Of a stretch of DNA of 49,798 bases, positions 9,231 to 20,018 are shown one piece after another. The notes beneath the pieces are model-generated. The model ran no database searches. It was not told the DNA's origin and saw only the letters and a list, made by a program, of their open reading frames with translations. Each line of letters starts with the position of its first letter. Position 1 is the first letter of the stretch. The stretch is from a virus (taxonomy: Duplodnaviria; Heunggongvirae; Uroviricota; Caudoviricetes): IMG/VR virus record IMGVR_UViG_2568526473_000003; one strand, given 5' to 3'. The position numbers and the translations under genes are program-made.

Positions 9231-10136
9231 TCAATGCTTATTTGGGAGTGCTGGTTTTTTTATCGACTCTAATAGCTCGGAGGCGTTACTAATCTTTTTG
9301 TTCCCAAGGTAATTTGGCAGTTTTTCCATTGCGTAATTATCGTGTAGCCATTTTCTGAACACGCCAAGTGCCTCAATAGGATAAATCCAAGCTGTTATAT
9401 GCTTATTTGCAGCTGACTGCCTGTAATTTTCGGGGAATAGATGTGGGTACTGCACCCTTTCCCCGAATTTCTCAGATAGCCCATTAGCTGTCCAATACTT
9501 TCCCCAGTGAATTCCAACACTTCCATCCAAAGATGTGGTGTCATCCATTGGGAATCCTCCTCCGATCAGGTTCATGGCAATGTCAGCTATCTCTCTGAAT
9601 ACTGCAAAATGAGTTGTCGGTATCTGATCGTTTAGCTTAATCCTTGCTCTATAGTTCTCGAATGAGATATCTATTGAAGCATTTGGGTTGTAATTTGACT
9701 TTTCATAAATCATTCGCTTAAGCGTGTACTCAGCCAAGCGAACAAAATTACCTATTGCGACTGACCTATCAAAATTGGTGGCATCTAGAGCGTAGTAACG
9801 GAGGATAGCCATGCAAACATAGTCAGGATAAGCATGAGTTTCCACGTTTGAGCTATTTAAAACGCGAGTGTATAGCTTTTCGACGTTATGAAACCCTTTC
9901 TCAGCTAAATACGCAGCTACTTTTTGACCTCTGGGTTTGTTTTTCTCTGTGTTCCAGTTTGATGTGAACACCCTCAGTGGCGTGTCATCAATGCCGCATA
10001 ACTTTGCGAGACCGTAGAGAGTTAGGTAAGGAGTTCCATCATTGAGAACGCCCATAGGAATATCATCAGAAACAACCTCTACTACAGGGAAAAGCTGCAT
10101 TTGATGCAGGGATTCGCTATTGCTGTTAATCGACAT
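9231..10136 (-). CDS. Hypothetical 301-aa protein occupying the rexAB slot downstream of cI (candidate lysogen-expressed exclusion/abortive-infection protein)
   Basis: Intact ORF 86 nt downstream of the cI stop, co-oriented with cI; AT-rich; does not resemble RexA or RexB; no recognised domain. Confidence 0.6.
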   Translation of the reverse strand: MSINSNSESLHQMQLFPVVEVVSDDIPMGVLNDGTPYLTLYGLAKLCGIDDTPLRVFTSNWNTEKNKPRGQKVAAYLAEKGFHNVEKLYTRVLNSSNVETHAYPDYVCMAILRYYALDATNFDRSVAIGNFVRLAEYTLKRMIYEKSNYNPNASIDISFENYRARIKLNDQIPTTHFAVFREIADIAMNLIGGGFPMDDTTSLDGSVGIHWGKYWTANGLSEKFGERVQYPHLFPENYRQSAANKHITAWIYPIEALGVFRKWLHDNYAMEKLPNYLGNKKISNASELLESIKKPALPNKH

Positions 10137-10222
10137 ATCTTAATGATTTCCTTATTTTTATTGTAGGGATCTGCTTTTTTATTTCCTACATCTAGATGCG
10201 TATAAAGTCTCTTGCTGCGGAC

Positions 10223-10939
<717 letters not shown>

Positions 10940-10946
10940 TTAAATC

Positions 10947-11012
10947 TATCACCGCAAGGGATAAATATCTAACACCGTGCGTGTTGGCTATTTTACCTCT
11001 AGCGGTGATAAT
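10947..11012. promoter_or_regulatory. Right operator: OR3 (10947-10963), OR2 (10970-10986), OR1 (10994-11010) with pRM and pR (-35 TTGGCT 10984-10989, -10 GATAAT 11007-11012)
   Basis: Three 17-bp lambda operator sites between divergent cI and cro; OR1 reads TACCTCTAGCGGTGATA. Confidence 0.85.
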
Positions 11013-11027
11013 AGTTGCATGTACTAA

Positions 11028-11237
<210 letters not shown>

Positions 11238-11244
11238 ATAACCC

Positions 11245-11276
11245 CGCTCTTACACATCCCAGCCCTGAAAAAGGGC
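11245..11276 (+). promoter_or_regulatory. nutR: nutR (boxA CGCTCTTAC 11245-11253; boxB GCCCTGAAAAAGGGC 11262-11276)
   Basis: Exact lambda nutR boxA and boxB motifs between cro and cII. Confidence 0.85.
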
Positions 11277-11355
11277 ATCAAATTAAACCACACCTATGGT
11301 GTATGCATTTATTTGCATACATTCAATCAATTGTTATCTAAGGAAATACTTACAT

Positions 11356-11649
11356 ATGGTTCGTGCAAACAAACGCAACGAGGCTCTACGAATCGAGAGT
11401 GCGTTGCTTAACAAAATCGCAATGCTTGGAACTGAGAAGACAGCGGAAGCTGTGGGAGTTGATAAGTCGCAGATCAGCAGGTGGAAGAGGGACTGGATTC
11501 CAAAGTTCTCAATGCTGCTTGCTGTTCTTGAATGGGGCGTCGTTGACGACGACATGGCTCGATTGGCACGACAAGTTGCTTCGATTCTCACCAATAAAAA
11601 ACGCCCGGCGGCAACCGAGCGTTCTGAACAAATCCAGATGGAATTCTGA
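11356..11649 (+). CDS. cII: CII transcriptional activator, 97 aa
   Basis: Translation MVRANKRNEALRIESALLNKIAMLGTEKTAEAVGVDKSQISRWKRDWIPKFSMLLAVLEWGVVDDDMARLARQVASILTNKKRPAATERSEQIQMEF matches lambda CII. Confidence 0.95.
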   Translation: MVRANKRNEALRIESALLNKIAMLGTEKTAEAVGVDKSQISRWKRDWIPKFSMLLAVLEWGVVDDDMARLARQVASILTNKKRPAATERSEQIQMEF

Positions 11650-11681
11650 GGTAATTACTGGATCTATCAACAGGAGTCATT

Positions 11682-11828
11682 ATGACAAAACAACTCAGTC
11701 CTTACCAGGACAAAATTCACAAACACATACTACGTGATCGCTTCCTGTCCAGCTTCAAGCAGCCTGGTCGATTCCGGGCTGAGTTGGAAAAGGTGAAGCT
11801 GATGCAGAAGGAGAAAGGTCATGAGTAA
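11682..11828 (+). CDS. Small hypothetical protein (48 aa) between cII and the replication gene
   Basis: [51 protein letters not shown] preceded by a CAGGAG ribosome-binding site 6 nt upstream; not in the ORF track because under 60 aa. Confidence 0.4.
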   Translation: MTKQLSPYQDKIHKHILRDRFLSSFKQPGRFRAELEKVKLMQKEKGHE

Positions 11829-12720
11829 CATATCTAATCTAGCCGAAGCCAGAGAGGCCAGAAGGCTACAACAACCGCATCAAAGCAGCGGTAAGGGGTA
11901 TGCCTTGCTGCACCGTAAAATTATGGATGTGCCGTTTTACAAGGACGCAGAAGCAGCACATCTGTGGGTTCACTTAATCCTCAAAGCAAAGCATACGCCT
12001 GAGTATGTAATGACTGACGCAGGAGAAATTCTGGTAGGCAGAGGTAAGCTACTTGGCGGTAGAAACTCTCTGGCGTTTGAAACAGGACTCAAACCAGATC
12101 GCGTTCAGTACCTGCTTAGAAAGTTCAAAAAACTCGGCATGATTGACTGGGTTTCACACGGTAAATTCTCAGTTTTCTCGGTAGAGAAATATGACGATTA
12201 TCAGTCAAATTTTGTACCAGCAGATTACCAGCAAATTACCACCTCAAAGCCAGCAATACCAATGCCTGTAAGCAATACTGTACCAGCAGATTACCAGCAA
12301 ATTACCACAGATAAAGAATATAATAATATTATCTCTAATACTGACGTATTAGAGAGTGCCACAGCAGACAAAAAGTCTGACAAGAAAAAACCTTCCGTTA
12401 GCTGTCAGGATGTTGTCGATGCTTACCACGAAATCCTTCCTGAAGCGCCAAGAATCCGCGCACTGAATGACAAGCGTAAAAACCAGATCCGAACGTTCTG
12501 GCGCAAAGCCGGAGTGATAACCCGCCAGCTTGACGGGCATGGGTTCTCGATGCAGGACTGGAGAAATTATTTGAGCTACGTAGGCGAAAATTGCCGATGG
12601 ATGTTCGAAGAACGCCCAAACCATCAACGCGGAACCGTCTGGCACAAAAAGGGATTTGATTTCCTGCTTAACGACAATACCTACCTGAAAGTTCGTGAGG
12701 GTGAACACGATGACCGATAA
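11821..12720 (+). CDS. Replication initiator (O-like, non-lambda allele) containing origin iterons, 299 aa
   Basis: Position after cII; internal direct DNA repeats encode duplicated [10 protein letters not shown] peptide segments, the hallmark of ori-within-O genes. Confidence 0.7.
   Translation: MSNISNLAEAREARRLQQPHQSSGKGYALLHRKIMDVPFYKDAEAAHLWVHLILKAKHTPEYVMTDAGEILVGRGKLLGGRNSLAFETGLKPDRVQYLLRKFKKLGMIDWVSHGKFSVFSVEKYDDYQSNFVPADYQQITTSKPAIPMPVSNTVPADYQQITTDKEYNNIISNTDVLESATADKKSDKKKPSVSCQDVVDAYHEILPEAPRIRALNDKRKNQIRTFWRKAGVITRQLDGHGFSMQDWRNYLSYVGENCRWMFEERPNHQRGTVWHKKGFDFLLNDNTYLKVREGEHDDR
12214..12308. repeat. Origin iterons: two 29-bp direct repeats (gtaccagcagattaccagcaaattaccac) at 12214-12242 and 12280-12308, each with ATTACC sub-repeats
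   Basis: Exact 29-bp direct repeat read from the sequence, inside the initiator gene. Confidence 0.7.
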
Positions 12721-14146
12721 TTTTTATGCGCCGCCCCATAGCATCGAGGCAGAGCAGGCGGTGATTGGTGGATTGCTTCTGGATGATGACAGCAGTGAGC
12801 GCGTCCAGAAAGTTCTGGCGATGCTGAAGCCTGATTCATTTTACGGCCGACCACACAAAATCCTTTTCGAAGAAATAACCAGAATGCACCGGGAGCAAAA
12901 GCCAGTAGATGGCCTGACGCTTTTCGATGAACTGGAGCGTAAATCGTTAACGGCGTCTGTTGGCGGTTTTGCTTATATCGCTGAGATCGCAAAGAACACG
13001 CCAAGCGCAGCAAACATCGTTGCCTATGCAATGCAGGTTCGTGAAACCGCAATGGAACGCTACGCCATCAACCGCATGACTGAAGCGACGGAATTGCTCT
13101 ATTCCCGCAACGGAATGACTGCAACGCAGAAGTACGAAGCTATTCAGGCGATTTTCACGCAACTGACAGACCATGCAAAAACCGGATCGCGTCGCGGCCT
13201 TCGCTCATTTGGTGAGGTCATGGAAAACTGGGTTAGCGACCTTGAGAAGCGATTTGACCCGTCAGGAGAACAACGAGGAATGAGCACAGGGATCCCATCG
13301 CTGGACAGGATGCTGTCACCGAAAGGTCTGGTGAAAGGCTCTCTGTTTGTCATTGGCGCTCGCCCTAAGATGGGGAAAACGACGCTATACAGCCAGATGG
13401 CAATCAACTGCGCAGTTCATGAGAAAAAGCCTGCTCTGATGTTCAGCCTTGAAATGCCAGGTGACCAGATACTGGAAAAACTGGTGGGACAGAAGTCAGG
13501 TGTTAACCCGAATATTTTTTACCTTCCGGCGACAAATGACGCTGATGACGGCTATCAGGGTGATTACGATGGTGACTTCAACAGGGCGATCGAAACAGCT
13601 AATCGTTTGAGTGAAATCGACCTGCTTTACATCGACGACACGCCGGGATTATCTCTGGCTCAAATCGTCAGCGAAAGCCGTCGAATCAAGCGAGAAAAAG
13701 GATGCGTTGGCATGATTCTGGTCGATTACCTGACACTAATGACTGCTGAGAAGGCCGATCGCAACGACCTTGCTTACGGCATGATCACCAAAGGACTGAA
13801 GAACCTTGCCAAAGAGCTTGATTGCGTTGTTGTGCTTCTGACACAGCTTAACCGCGCATTGGAAAGCCGAACCAATAAACGCCCATTACCAAGTGACTCG
13901 CGAGATACAGGGCAGATTGAACAGGATTGCGATTATTGGGTCGGGATCCATCGTGAAGGCGCTTTTGATGACAGTGTTCCACCTGGTGAAACTGAACTAA
14001 TCCTTCGTCTCAATCGTCATGGCAATACCGGCACGGTGTATTGCATTCAGGCAAATGGCGCTATTTATGACACAGACCAACAGTCTGCTGAAATGCGCCG
14101 CCGTGAGCGCGAGGAACCGCAATCCAAGAAGAAAGGAGGATTCTGA
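12710..14146 (+). CDS. Replicative DNA helicase (DnaB family), about 478 aa
   Basis: N-terminal DnaB motifs (PPHSIEAEQAVIGGLLLDD) and Walker A (GARPKMGKTT); replaces lambda P. Confidence 0.85.
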   Translation: MTDNFYAPPHSIEAEQAVIGGLLLDDDSSERVQKVLAMLKPDSFYGRPHKILFEEITRMHREQKPVDGLTLFDELERKSLTASVGGFAYIAEIAKNTPSAANIVAYAMQVRETAMERYAINRMTEATELLYSRNGMTATQKYEAIQAIFTQLTDHAKTGSRRGLRSFGEVMENWVSDLEKRFDPSGEQRGMSTGIPSLDRMLSPKGLVKGSLFVIGARPKMGKTTLYSQMAINCAVHEKKPALMFSLEMPGDQILEKLVGQKSGVNPNIFYLPATNDADDGYQGDYDGDFNRAIETANRLSEIDLLYIDDTPGLSLAQIVSESRRIKREKGCVGMILVDYLTLMTAEKADRNDLAYGMITKGLKNLAKELDCVVVLLTQLNRALESRTNKRPLPSDSRDTGQIEQDCDYWVGIHREGAFDDSVPPGETELILRLNRHGNTGTVYCIQANGAIYDTDQQSAEMRRREREEPQSKKKGGF

Positions 14147-14219
14147 TGACCATCTACATCACTGAGCTTGTAACAGGTCTGCTGGTAATCGCAGGCCTTT
14201 TTATTTGGGGGAGAGGGAA

Positions 14220-14492
14220 ATGAACGATAGCTACCGACAATTCGAAGAGTGGTGGTCAAAATACAAAAGCCCGTTCACGGAAGACGACGGGTTAAAAGAG
14301 TTTGCCTGGGTGATATGGCAGGCATCAAGGGCAGCTATTGAACTGGATATCGACTGGCCCGAATCGAATGACAACTTTTGGAAAGGTGGCGAAGAAGGCG
14401 CTTATGCGATGGGGCATGAGGATGGGAAGGACAAAACGGTAATTGCAGTGATGAAAGCCATCATAGCCGCTGAAGTCAAAGTGAAGGAGTAA
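14220..14492 (+). CDS. Hypothetical nin-region protein, about 90 aa
   Basis: ORF with GAGGGAA ribosome-binding site before the ATG at 14220; acidic small protein; no recognised homolog. Confidence 0.45.
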   Translation: MNDSYRQFEEWWSKYKSPFTEDDGLKEFAWVIWQASRAAIELDIDWPESNDNFWKGGEEGAYAMGHEDGKDKTVIAVMKAIIAAEVKVKE

Positions 14493-14494
14493 CG

Positions 14495-14905
14495 ATGAAG
14501 CAAACAATCTTCCTCCGAACTAAGCAACAACAGCAAGCCGCAATCAACGCCATCCTCTCAGCTCCTCTCGATAAAGACAAGCCAGTCACCATCCGCATTA
14601 CTGACTACAAGCGCAACCTTGACCAGAACGCAAAATTTCACGCGATGCTGGCGGATATCGCACGTCAGGTTCAATGGTGCGATAAATGGTTAAAACCAGA
14701 ACAATGGAAGGTTTTGTTGATCAGCGGTCATGCAGTGGCAACAAAACAGGAAGCTGATGTTTTGCTAGGCCTTGAAGGAGAATACGTCAACATTCGCGAA
14801 AGTAGCGCACAGATGAGCGTGAAGCGCATGGCAAGCCTGATTGAGTACACGACAGCCTGGGCTATTGGTCAGGGTGTCAGATTTACCGACAGGAGGTACG
14901 AATGA
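14495..14905 (+). CDS. ninB: NinB (Orf) family recombination protein, 136 aa
   Basis: Position and conserved [17 protein letters not shown] / W-K motif pattern resembling lambda NinB. Confidence 0.7.
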   Translation: MKQTIFLRTKQQQQAAINAILSAPLDKDKPVTIRITDYKRNLDQNAKFHAMLADIARQVQWCDKWLKPEQWKVLLISGHAVATKQEADVLLGLEGEYVNIRESSAQMSVKRMASLIEYTTAWAIGQGVRFTDRRYE

Positions 14906-15084
14906 GACGACAGCGACGAAGTATCACCGACATAATCTGCGAAAACTGCAAATACCTTCCAACGAAACGCTCCAGAAATAAATCCAAGCCAATCCCAAAA
15001 GAATCTGACGTAAAAACCTTCAACTACACGGCTCACCTGTGGGATATCCGGTGGCTTAGAGAACGTGCGAGGAAAACAAGGTGA
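14902..15084 (+). CDS. ninE: NinE, 60 aa
   Basis: Translation [60 protein letters not shown] matches lambda NinE. Confidence 0.85.
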   Translation: MRRQRRSITDIICENCKYLPTKRSRNKSKPIPKESDVKTFNYTAHLWDIRWLRERARKTR

Positions 15085-15251
15085 TTGACCAAAATCGAAG
15101 TTACGAACAAGGAAGTGTCGAGCGAGCTTTAACGTGCGCTAACTGCGGTCAGAAGCTGCATGTGCTGGAAGTTCACGTGTGTGAGCACTGCTGCGCAGAA
15201 TTGATGAGCGATCCGAATAGCTCGATGCACGAGGAAGAAGACGATGGCTAA
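15081..15251 (+). CDS. ninF: NinF, 56 aa (GTG start)
   Basis: Manual translation [56 protein letters not shown] matches lambda NinF; missed by the ATG-only ORF track. Confidence 0.7.
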   Translation: MIDQNRSYEQGSVERALTCANCGQKLHVLEVHVCEHCCAELMSDPNSSMHEEEDDG

Positions 15252-15855
15252 ACCAGCGCGAAGACGATGTAAAAACGATGAATGTCGGGAATGGTTTCAC
15301 CCTGCATTCGCCAATCAGTGGTGGTGCTCTCCAGAGTGTGGAACCAAGATAGCACTCGAACGACGAAGCAAAGAACGCGAAAAAGCGGAAAAGGCAGCAG
15401 AGAAGAAACGACGACGAGAGGAGCAGAAACAGAAAGATAAACTTAAGATTCGAAAACTCGCCTTAAAGCCCCTCAGTTACTGGATTAAACAAGCCCAACA
15501 AGCCATAAACGCCTTCATCAGAGAAAGAGACCGCGACTTACCATGTATCTCGTGCGGAACGCTCACGTCTGCTCAGTGGGATGCCGGGCATTACCGGACA
15601 ACTGCTGCGGCGCCTCAACTCCGATTTGATGAACGCAATATTCACAAGCAATGCGTGGTGTGCAACCAGCACAAAAGCGGAAATCTCGTTCCGTATCGCG
15701 TCGAACTGATTAGCCGCATCGGGCAGGAAGCAGTAGAGGAAATCGAATCAAACCATAACCGCTATCGCTGGACTGTCGAAGAGTGCAGGGCCATCAAGGC
15801 GGAGTATCAACAGAAACTTAAAAAACTGCGAAACAGCAGAAGTGAGGTTGCATGA
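15244..15855 (+). CDS. ninG: NinG (Rap) recombination-promoting nuclease, 203 aa
   Basis: Translation [41 protein letters not shown]... matches lambda NinG. Confidence 0.9.
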   Translation: MAKPARRRCKNDECREWFHPAFANQWWCSPECGTKIALERRSKEREKAEKAAEKKRRREEQKQKDKLKIRKLALKPLSYWIKQAQQAINAFIRERDRDLPCISCGTLTSAQWDAGHYRTTAAAPQLRFDERNIHKQCVVCNQHKSGNLVPYRVELISRIGQEAVEEIESNHNRYRWTVEECRAIKAEYQQKLKKLRNSRSEVA

Positions 15856-16517
15856 ATATCTACGAAAGAATTGATGGCAGCAAATACCGAAATATTTGGG
15901 TAGTTGGCGATCTGCACGGATGCTACACGAACCTGATGAAAAAACTGGAGACGATAGGATTCGACACCAAAAAAGACCTGCTTATCTCGGTGGGCGATTT
16001 GGTTGATCGCGGTACAGAGAACGTAGAATGCCTGGAATTAATCACATTCCCCTGGTTCAGAGCTGTACGTGGAAACCATGAGCAAATGATGATTGATGGC
16101 TTATCAGAGCGTGGAAACGTCAATCACTGGCTGCTTAATGGCGGTGGCTGGTTCTTTAATCTCGATTACGACAAAGAAATTCTGGCTAAAGCTCTTGCCC
16201 ATAAAGCAGATGAACTTCCGTTAATCATCGAACTGGTGAGTAAAGGAAAAAAATATGTCATCTGCCACGCCGATTATCCTTGTGATAAATACGAGTTTGG
16301 AAAGCCAGTTGATCATCAGCAGGTAATCTGGAACCGCGAACGAATCAGCAACTCACAAGACGGGATCGTGAAAGAAATCAAAGGCGCGGACACGTTCATC
16401 TTTGGTCATACGCCAGCAGTGAAACCACTCAAATTTGCCAACCAGATGTATATCGATACTGGCGCAGTGTTCTGCGGAAACCTCACATTGATTCAGGTAC
16501 AGGGAGAAGGCGCATGA
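15852..16517 (+). CDS. ninI: Ser/Thr protein phosphatase (lambda PPase, NinI), 221 aa
   Basis: Calcineurin-like phosphoesterase motifs (GDLHG, GDLVDRG, GNHE) matching lambda phosphatase. Confidence 0.9.
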   Translation: MNIYERIDGSKYRNIWVVGDLHGCYTNLMKKLETIGFDTKKDLLISVGDLVDRGTENVECLELITFPWFRAVRGNHEQMMIDGLSERGNVNHWLLNGGGWFFNLDYDKEILAKALAHKADELPLIIELVSKGKKYVICHADYPCDKYEFGKPVDHQQVIWNRERISNSQDGIVKEIKGADTFIFGHTPAVKPLKFANQMYIDTGAVFCGNLTLIQVQGEGA

Positions 16518-17137
16518 GACTCGAAAGCATAGCTAAATTTCATTCGCCAAAAAGCCCGATGATGAGCGACTCACCACGGGCCACGGCTTCTGACTCTCTT
16601 TCCGGTACTGATGTGATGGCTGCTATGGGGATGGCGCAATCACAAGCCGGATTCGGAATGGCTGTATTCTGTGGTAAGCACGAACTCAGCCAGAACGACA
16701 AACAAAAGGCTATCAACTATCTGATGCAATTTGCACACAAGGTATCGGGGAAATACCGTGGCGTGGCAAAGCTTGAAGGAAATACTAAGGCAAAGGTACT
16801 GCAAGTGCTCGCAACATTCGCTTATGCGGATTATTGCCGTAGTGCCGCTACGCCGGGCGCAAGATGCCGAGATTGCCACGGTACAGGCCGTGCGGTTGAT
16901 ATAGCCAAAACAGAGCAGTGGGGGATAGTTGCTGAGAAAGAGTGCGGAAGATGTAAAGGCGTCGGTTATTCAAGAATGCCAGCAAGCGCCGCATATCGCG
17001 CTGTGACGATGCTAATCCCAAACCTTACCCAACCCACCTGGTCACGCACTGTTAAGCCGCTGTATGACGCTCTGGTTGTGCAATGCCACAAGGAAGAGTC
17101 AATCGCAGACAACATTTTGAATGCGATCACACGTTAG
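16514..17137 (+). CDS. Q: Late antiterminator Q (lambda type), 207 aa
   Basis: Translation [50 protein letters not shown]... matches lambda Q. Confidence 0.93.
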   Translation: MRLESIAKFHSPKSPMMSDSPRATASDSLSGTDVMAAMGMAQSQAGFGMAVFCGKHELSQNDKQKAINYLMQFAHKVSGKYRGVAKLEGNTKAKVLQVLATFAYADYCRSAATPGARCRDCHGTGRAVDIAKTEQWGIVAEKECGRCKGVGYSRMPASAAYRAVTMLIPNLTQPTWSRTVKPLYDALVVQCHKEESIADNILNAITR

Positions 17138-17177
17138 CGCCATGATTGCCACGGATGGCAACATATTAACGGCATAA

Positions 17178-17230
17178 TATTGACTTTTTGAATAACTTTG
17201 GGGAAACTTGACACCAATAATGGGCGTTTT
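17178..17230 (+). promoter_or_regulatory. Putative late promoter pR' with Q-utilisation region (TTGACT -35 at 17180-17185)
   Basis: Sequence ttgactttttgaataactttggggaaacttgacaccaataatggg parallels the lambda pR'/qut layout immediately downstream of Q. Confidence 0.5.
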
Positions 17231-17416
17231 TTACATGTCATTGATGAGTCTCAATAACCTGCCGCCGAGTAGTTTTTATGCTCTGAATTGTATTTGTGTA
17301 GTAAACATGCTGACTGCAATGTAATAGAGTTTTTTTAGCCTGTAACCTCTTGACGGCATTGAATTGCTTTTGTTATGAGTTGTAAGCCAATGTTATCATC
17401 TTGTATTGGGGTGGTT

Positions 17417-18133
17417 ATGAAGGATGGTGCACTGCTCAGGAGTTCTTCACTTTTTATTGCCTACATGGGATGCCTTGGATGGGGGAGTGCTTATTTCTAT
17501 GGATGGGGTACTTCTTTTTACTACGGCTTCCCATGGTGGATTGTAGGTGCAGGTGTTGATGATGTTGCCAGAAGTTTATTTTTTGCAGTTATCGTCATTG
17601 CTATATTTCTTATCGGTTGGGGTATTGGTGTTGTATTCTTTTTCGCAGTGAAAAGAAAACATTCTATGCAAGAGCTAAATGTATTTCGCCTTTATTTTGC
17701 TGTGGAATTATTGTTTGTGCCGGCAATTATTGAGTTTTCTATATTGAGACAGAAGATTCAGGTACCTCTTTTGCTACTGTCAGCAGCGATTGCGCTGGCG
17801 GTTACAATTTCGATAAGATCTTATGGGCGATTTTTATCGGTATCATGCTTCTATGATAAGCCATTTATAAAAAAACATTTTTTTGAGATTGTGATGATTG
17901 CTTTTGTGGCATATTTCTGGCTTTTTTCATTTCTGACAGGATATTACAAACCGCAGTTTAAGAAAGAATATGAAATGATTAATTATAATGATGGTTGGTA
18001 TTATGTTCTTGCTCGTTATGATAATTGTCTGGTTTTGTCTACTTCTTTTAATGCAGGTAGTAAAAGGTTTGTCATTTATCAATCAGCACAAGATAAGAAT
18101 CTTCAGGTTGATATTGTAAGGACCAGAATTTAA
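17417..18133 (+). CDS. Hypothetical multi-pass membrane protein (late-operon moron between Q and the lysis genes); alternative start 17375
   Basis: AT-rich ORF with about 5 hydrophobic helices plus a C-terminal soluble region, at the site where Stx phages carry stx. Confidence 0.55.
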   Translation: MKDGALLRSSSLFIAYMGCLGWGSAYFYGWGTSFYYGFPWWIVGAGVDDVARSLFFAVIVIAIFLIGWGIGVVFFFAVKRKHSMQELNVFRLYFAVELLFVPAIIEFSILRQKIQVPLLLLSAAIALAVTISIRSYGRFLSVSCFYDKPFIKKHFFEIVMIAFVAYFWLFSFLTGYYKPQFKKEYEMINYNDGWYYVLARYDNCLVLSTSFNAGSKRFVIYQSAQDKNLQVDIVRTRI

Positions 18134-18675
18134 TTGGCTGCATAAATAATATTTTAAGTTGCAAGTTGGCTATTCGTAGGAATAGAACCTTAGGCATGCT
18201 GAATGCGTTTTCTGAACATTGTTTTATAAACTGTGTCTGCTTGCTGTTGTGATCCTGCTTTTAGTGATGGTGATGATGGATTTCACCAGCAGGATAATGT
18301 TGGTACTGACTGATGGCGCTCTGGTCTGCGGCATTGTGGTATTGCTGTGGCCGATGATGAAAGAACAGAATGAATAATTCTTGACTTTTTTGTTTACTGT
18401 TTATTAAAAAACCAACCGCATGGTGAATCCTCCTTGGAGGGGCTAAATGATCGAGTTTTAAGGGCACGTAGCGAGTTCTGTTTGATCATTGCAGAACTTA
18501 GCGGGAGGCGCCATGCGTACATCACTAGTGTTATTCCTTCTATCATTTTCCTTGTGAGTTCTGGCTGCGCATGGCGCGGCCTTTTTTTTATGACCTGCCA
18601 CTGGCAGACGGTCATCCTGTGATTTGATTCCGGTTCCGGCTTTTTAACTCTGCTCCTCTACACGGGAGAAATTCG

Positions 18676-18846
18676 ATGTTGATTAAACATTATGATGTTG
18701 TCAGGGCGGCATCGCCGTCAGATCTTGCGGAAAAGCTGACACACAAACTGAAAGAGGGCTGGCAGCCGTTTGGTAGTCCGGTGGCCGTAACCCCTTATAC
18801 CCTGATGCAGGCGATTGCAGCAGAAGGTGATGTGGTGGTCAAGTAA
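18676..18846 (+). CDS. Small hypothetical protein (56 aa) upstream of the lysis cassette
   Basis: ORF MLIKHYDVVRAASPSDLAEKLTHKLKEGWQPFGSPVAVTPYTLMQAIAAEGDVVVK preceded by a GGGAGAA ribosome-binding site. Confidence 0.45.
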   Translation: MLIKHYDVVRAASPSDLAEKLTHKLKEGWQPFGSPVAVTPYTLMQAIAAEGDVVVK

Positions 18847-19314
18847 TACTGGCCACAGTGACCCCGAAACTGAATGGAGTGGCAGGTTCGGCACTCCAGG
18901 TCATAAAAGACAGTCTGACACTGAGGCTGAATGTGCTGATGCTGACGGATGTTACAAAAAATGCAGCGTATGGCGTTGAGATAGAAAGTCTGGTGCTGGA
19001 GATAAATGCACCGGCAGCATAATAAAAAAAGCCAGCGCCACTCTGAAGGACGCTGGCTAAAACGGGTAGATGTACTTCACATGATACTTATACTTGGCAG
19101 TACATTTTCTGACAGACAGTGACGGATGTTGTCAAGATATTGTGTCATTTATAACCTGAATCAGGGGGGGCCGGAATGTTATCTGCCATTTTTAGCAGAG
19201 CCTGAATGCCATAATCACGGCTCCCGGCGTTGGCCGTCAGTGGGTGACACTGGCGGCTTTTTTGTTTTTCTTTACTTTTCATTTTCTGTCGGCGGTGACG
19301 GAGACATACATCAG

Positions 19315-19521
19315 ATGGAAAAAATCACAACAGGTGTGTCATACACCACGTCAGCGGTGGGGACGGGATACTGGTTACTGCAGCTGCTGGACAAAGTCTC
19401 TCCGTCCCAGTGGGTGGCAATAGGTGTGCTGGGGAGTCTGCTGTTTGGCCTGCTGACGTATCTGACAAACCTTTATTTCAAGATTAAAGAAGATAAGCGT
19501 AAGGCTGCGAGAGGTGAATAA
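19315..19521 (+). CDS. S: Holin (phage 21 S21-type pinholin), 68 aa
   Basis: Translation [68 protein letters not shown] resembles S21. Confidence 0.85.
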   Translation: MEKITTGVSYTTSAVGTGYWLLQLLDKVSPSQWVAIGVLGSLLFGLLTYLTNLYFKIKEDKRKAARGE

Positions 19522-20018
19522 TGTCGCCATCATTACGCAAGGCTGTTGCTGCTGCTATTGGTGGTGGGGCTGTTGCCATAGCGTCTGTGCTCATCACTGG
19601 TCCGAGTGGTGACGATGGCCTGGAAGGTGTCAGCTACATACCATACGAAGATATCGTTGGCGTATGGACTGTATGTCACGGACACACCGGAAAAGACATC
19701 ATTCCCGGTAAAACGTATACCGAAGCAGAATGCAAAGCCCTCCTGAATAAAGACCTTGCCATGGTCGCCAGACAAATTAACCCGTACATCAAAGTCGATA
19801 TACCGGAAACAACGCGCGGCGCTCTTTACTCGTTTGTTTACAACGTGGGCGCTGGTAATTTCAGAACATCGACGCTTCTTCGCAAAATAAACCAGGGTGA
19901 TATCAAAGGCGCATGTGACCAGCTACGTCGCTGGACATACGCTGGCGGTAAGCAATGGAAAGGCCTGATGACTCGTCGTGAGATTGAGCGTGAAGTCTGT
20001 TTGTGGGGGCAGCAATGA
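19521..20018 (+). CDS. R: SAR endolysin (lysozyme with N-terminal signal-anchor-release domain), 165 aa
   Basis: N-terminal Gly/Ala-rich weakly hydrophobic segment followed by a lysozyme-like domain; follows the pinholin as in phage 21. Confidence 0.85.
   Translation: MSPSLRKAVAAAIGGGAVAIASVLITGPSGDDGLEGVSYIPYEDIVGVWTVCHGHTGKDIIPGKTYTEAECKALLNKDLAMVARQINPYIKVDIPETTRGALYSFVYNVGAGNFRTSTLLRKINQGDIKGACDQLRRWTYAGGKQWKGLMTRREIEREVCLWGQQ

Noticed and set aside
18261-18467. Minus-strand 68-aa ORF ending in HHHHH, superficially like a His-tag
   Set aside because: Only five His codons in native-looking phage intergenic DNA, no vector sequence around it, low-complexity translation and no ribosome-binding site; treated as a spurious ORF.
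17138-19125. Looked for stx genes and tRNA genes at the Q-to-lysis cargo site
   Set aside because: No Shiga toxin A/B ORFs and no obvious tRNA cloverleaf sequence by eye; a tRNA scan was not run, so a tRNA cannot be fully excluded.
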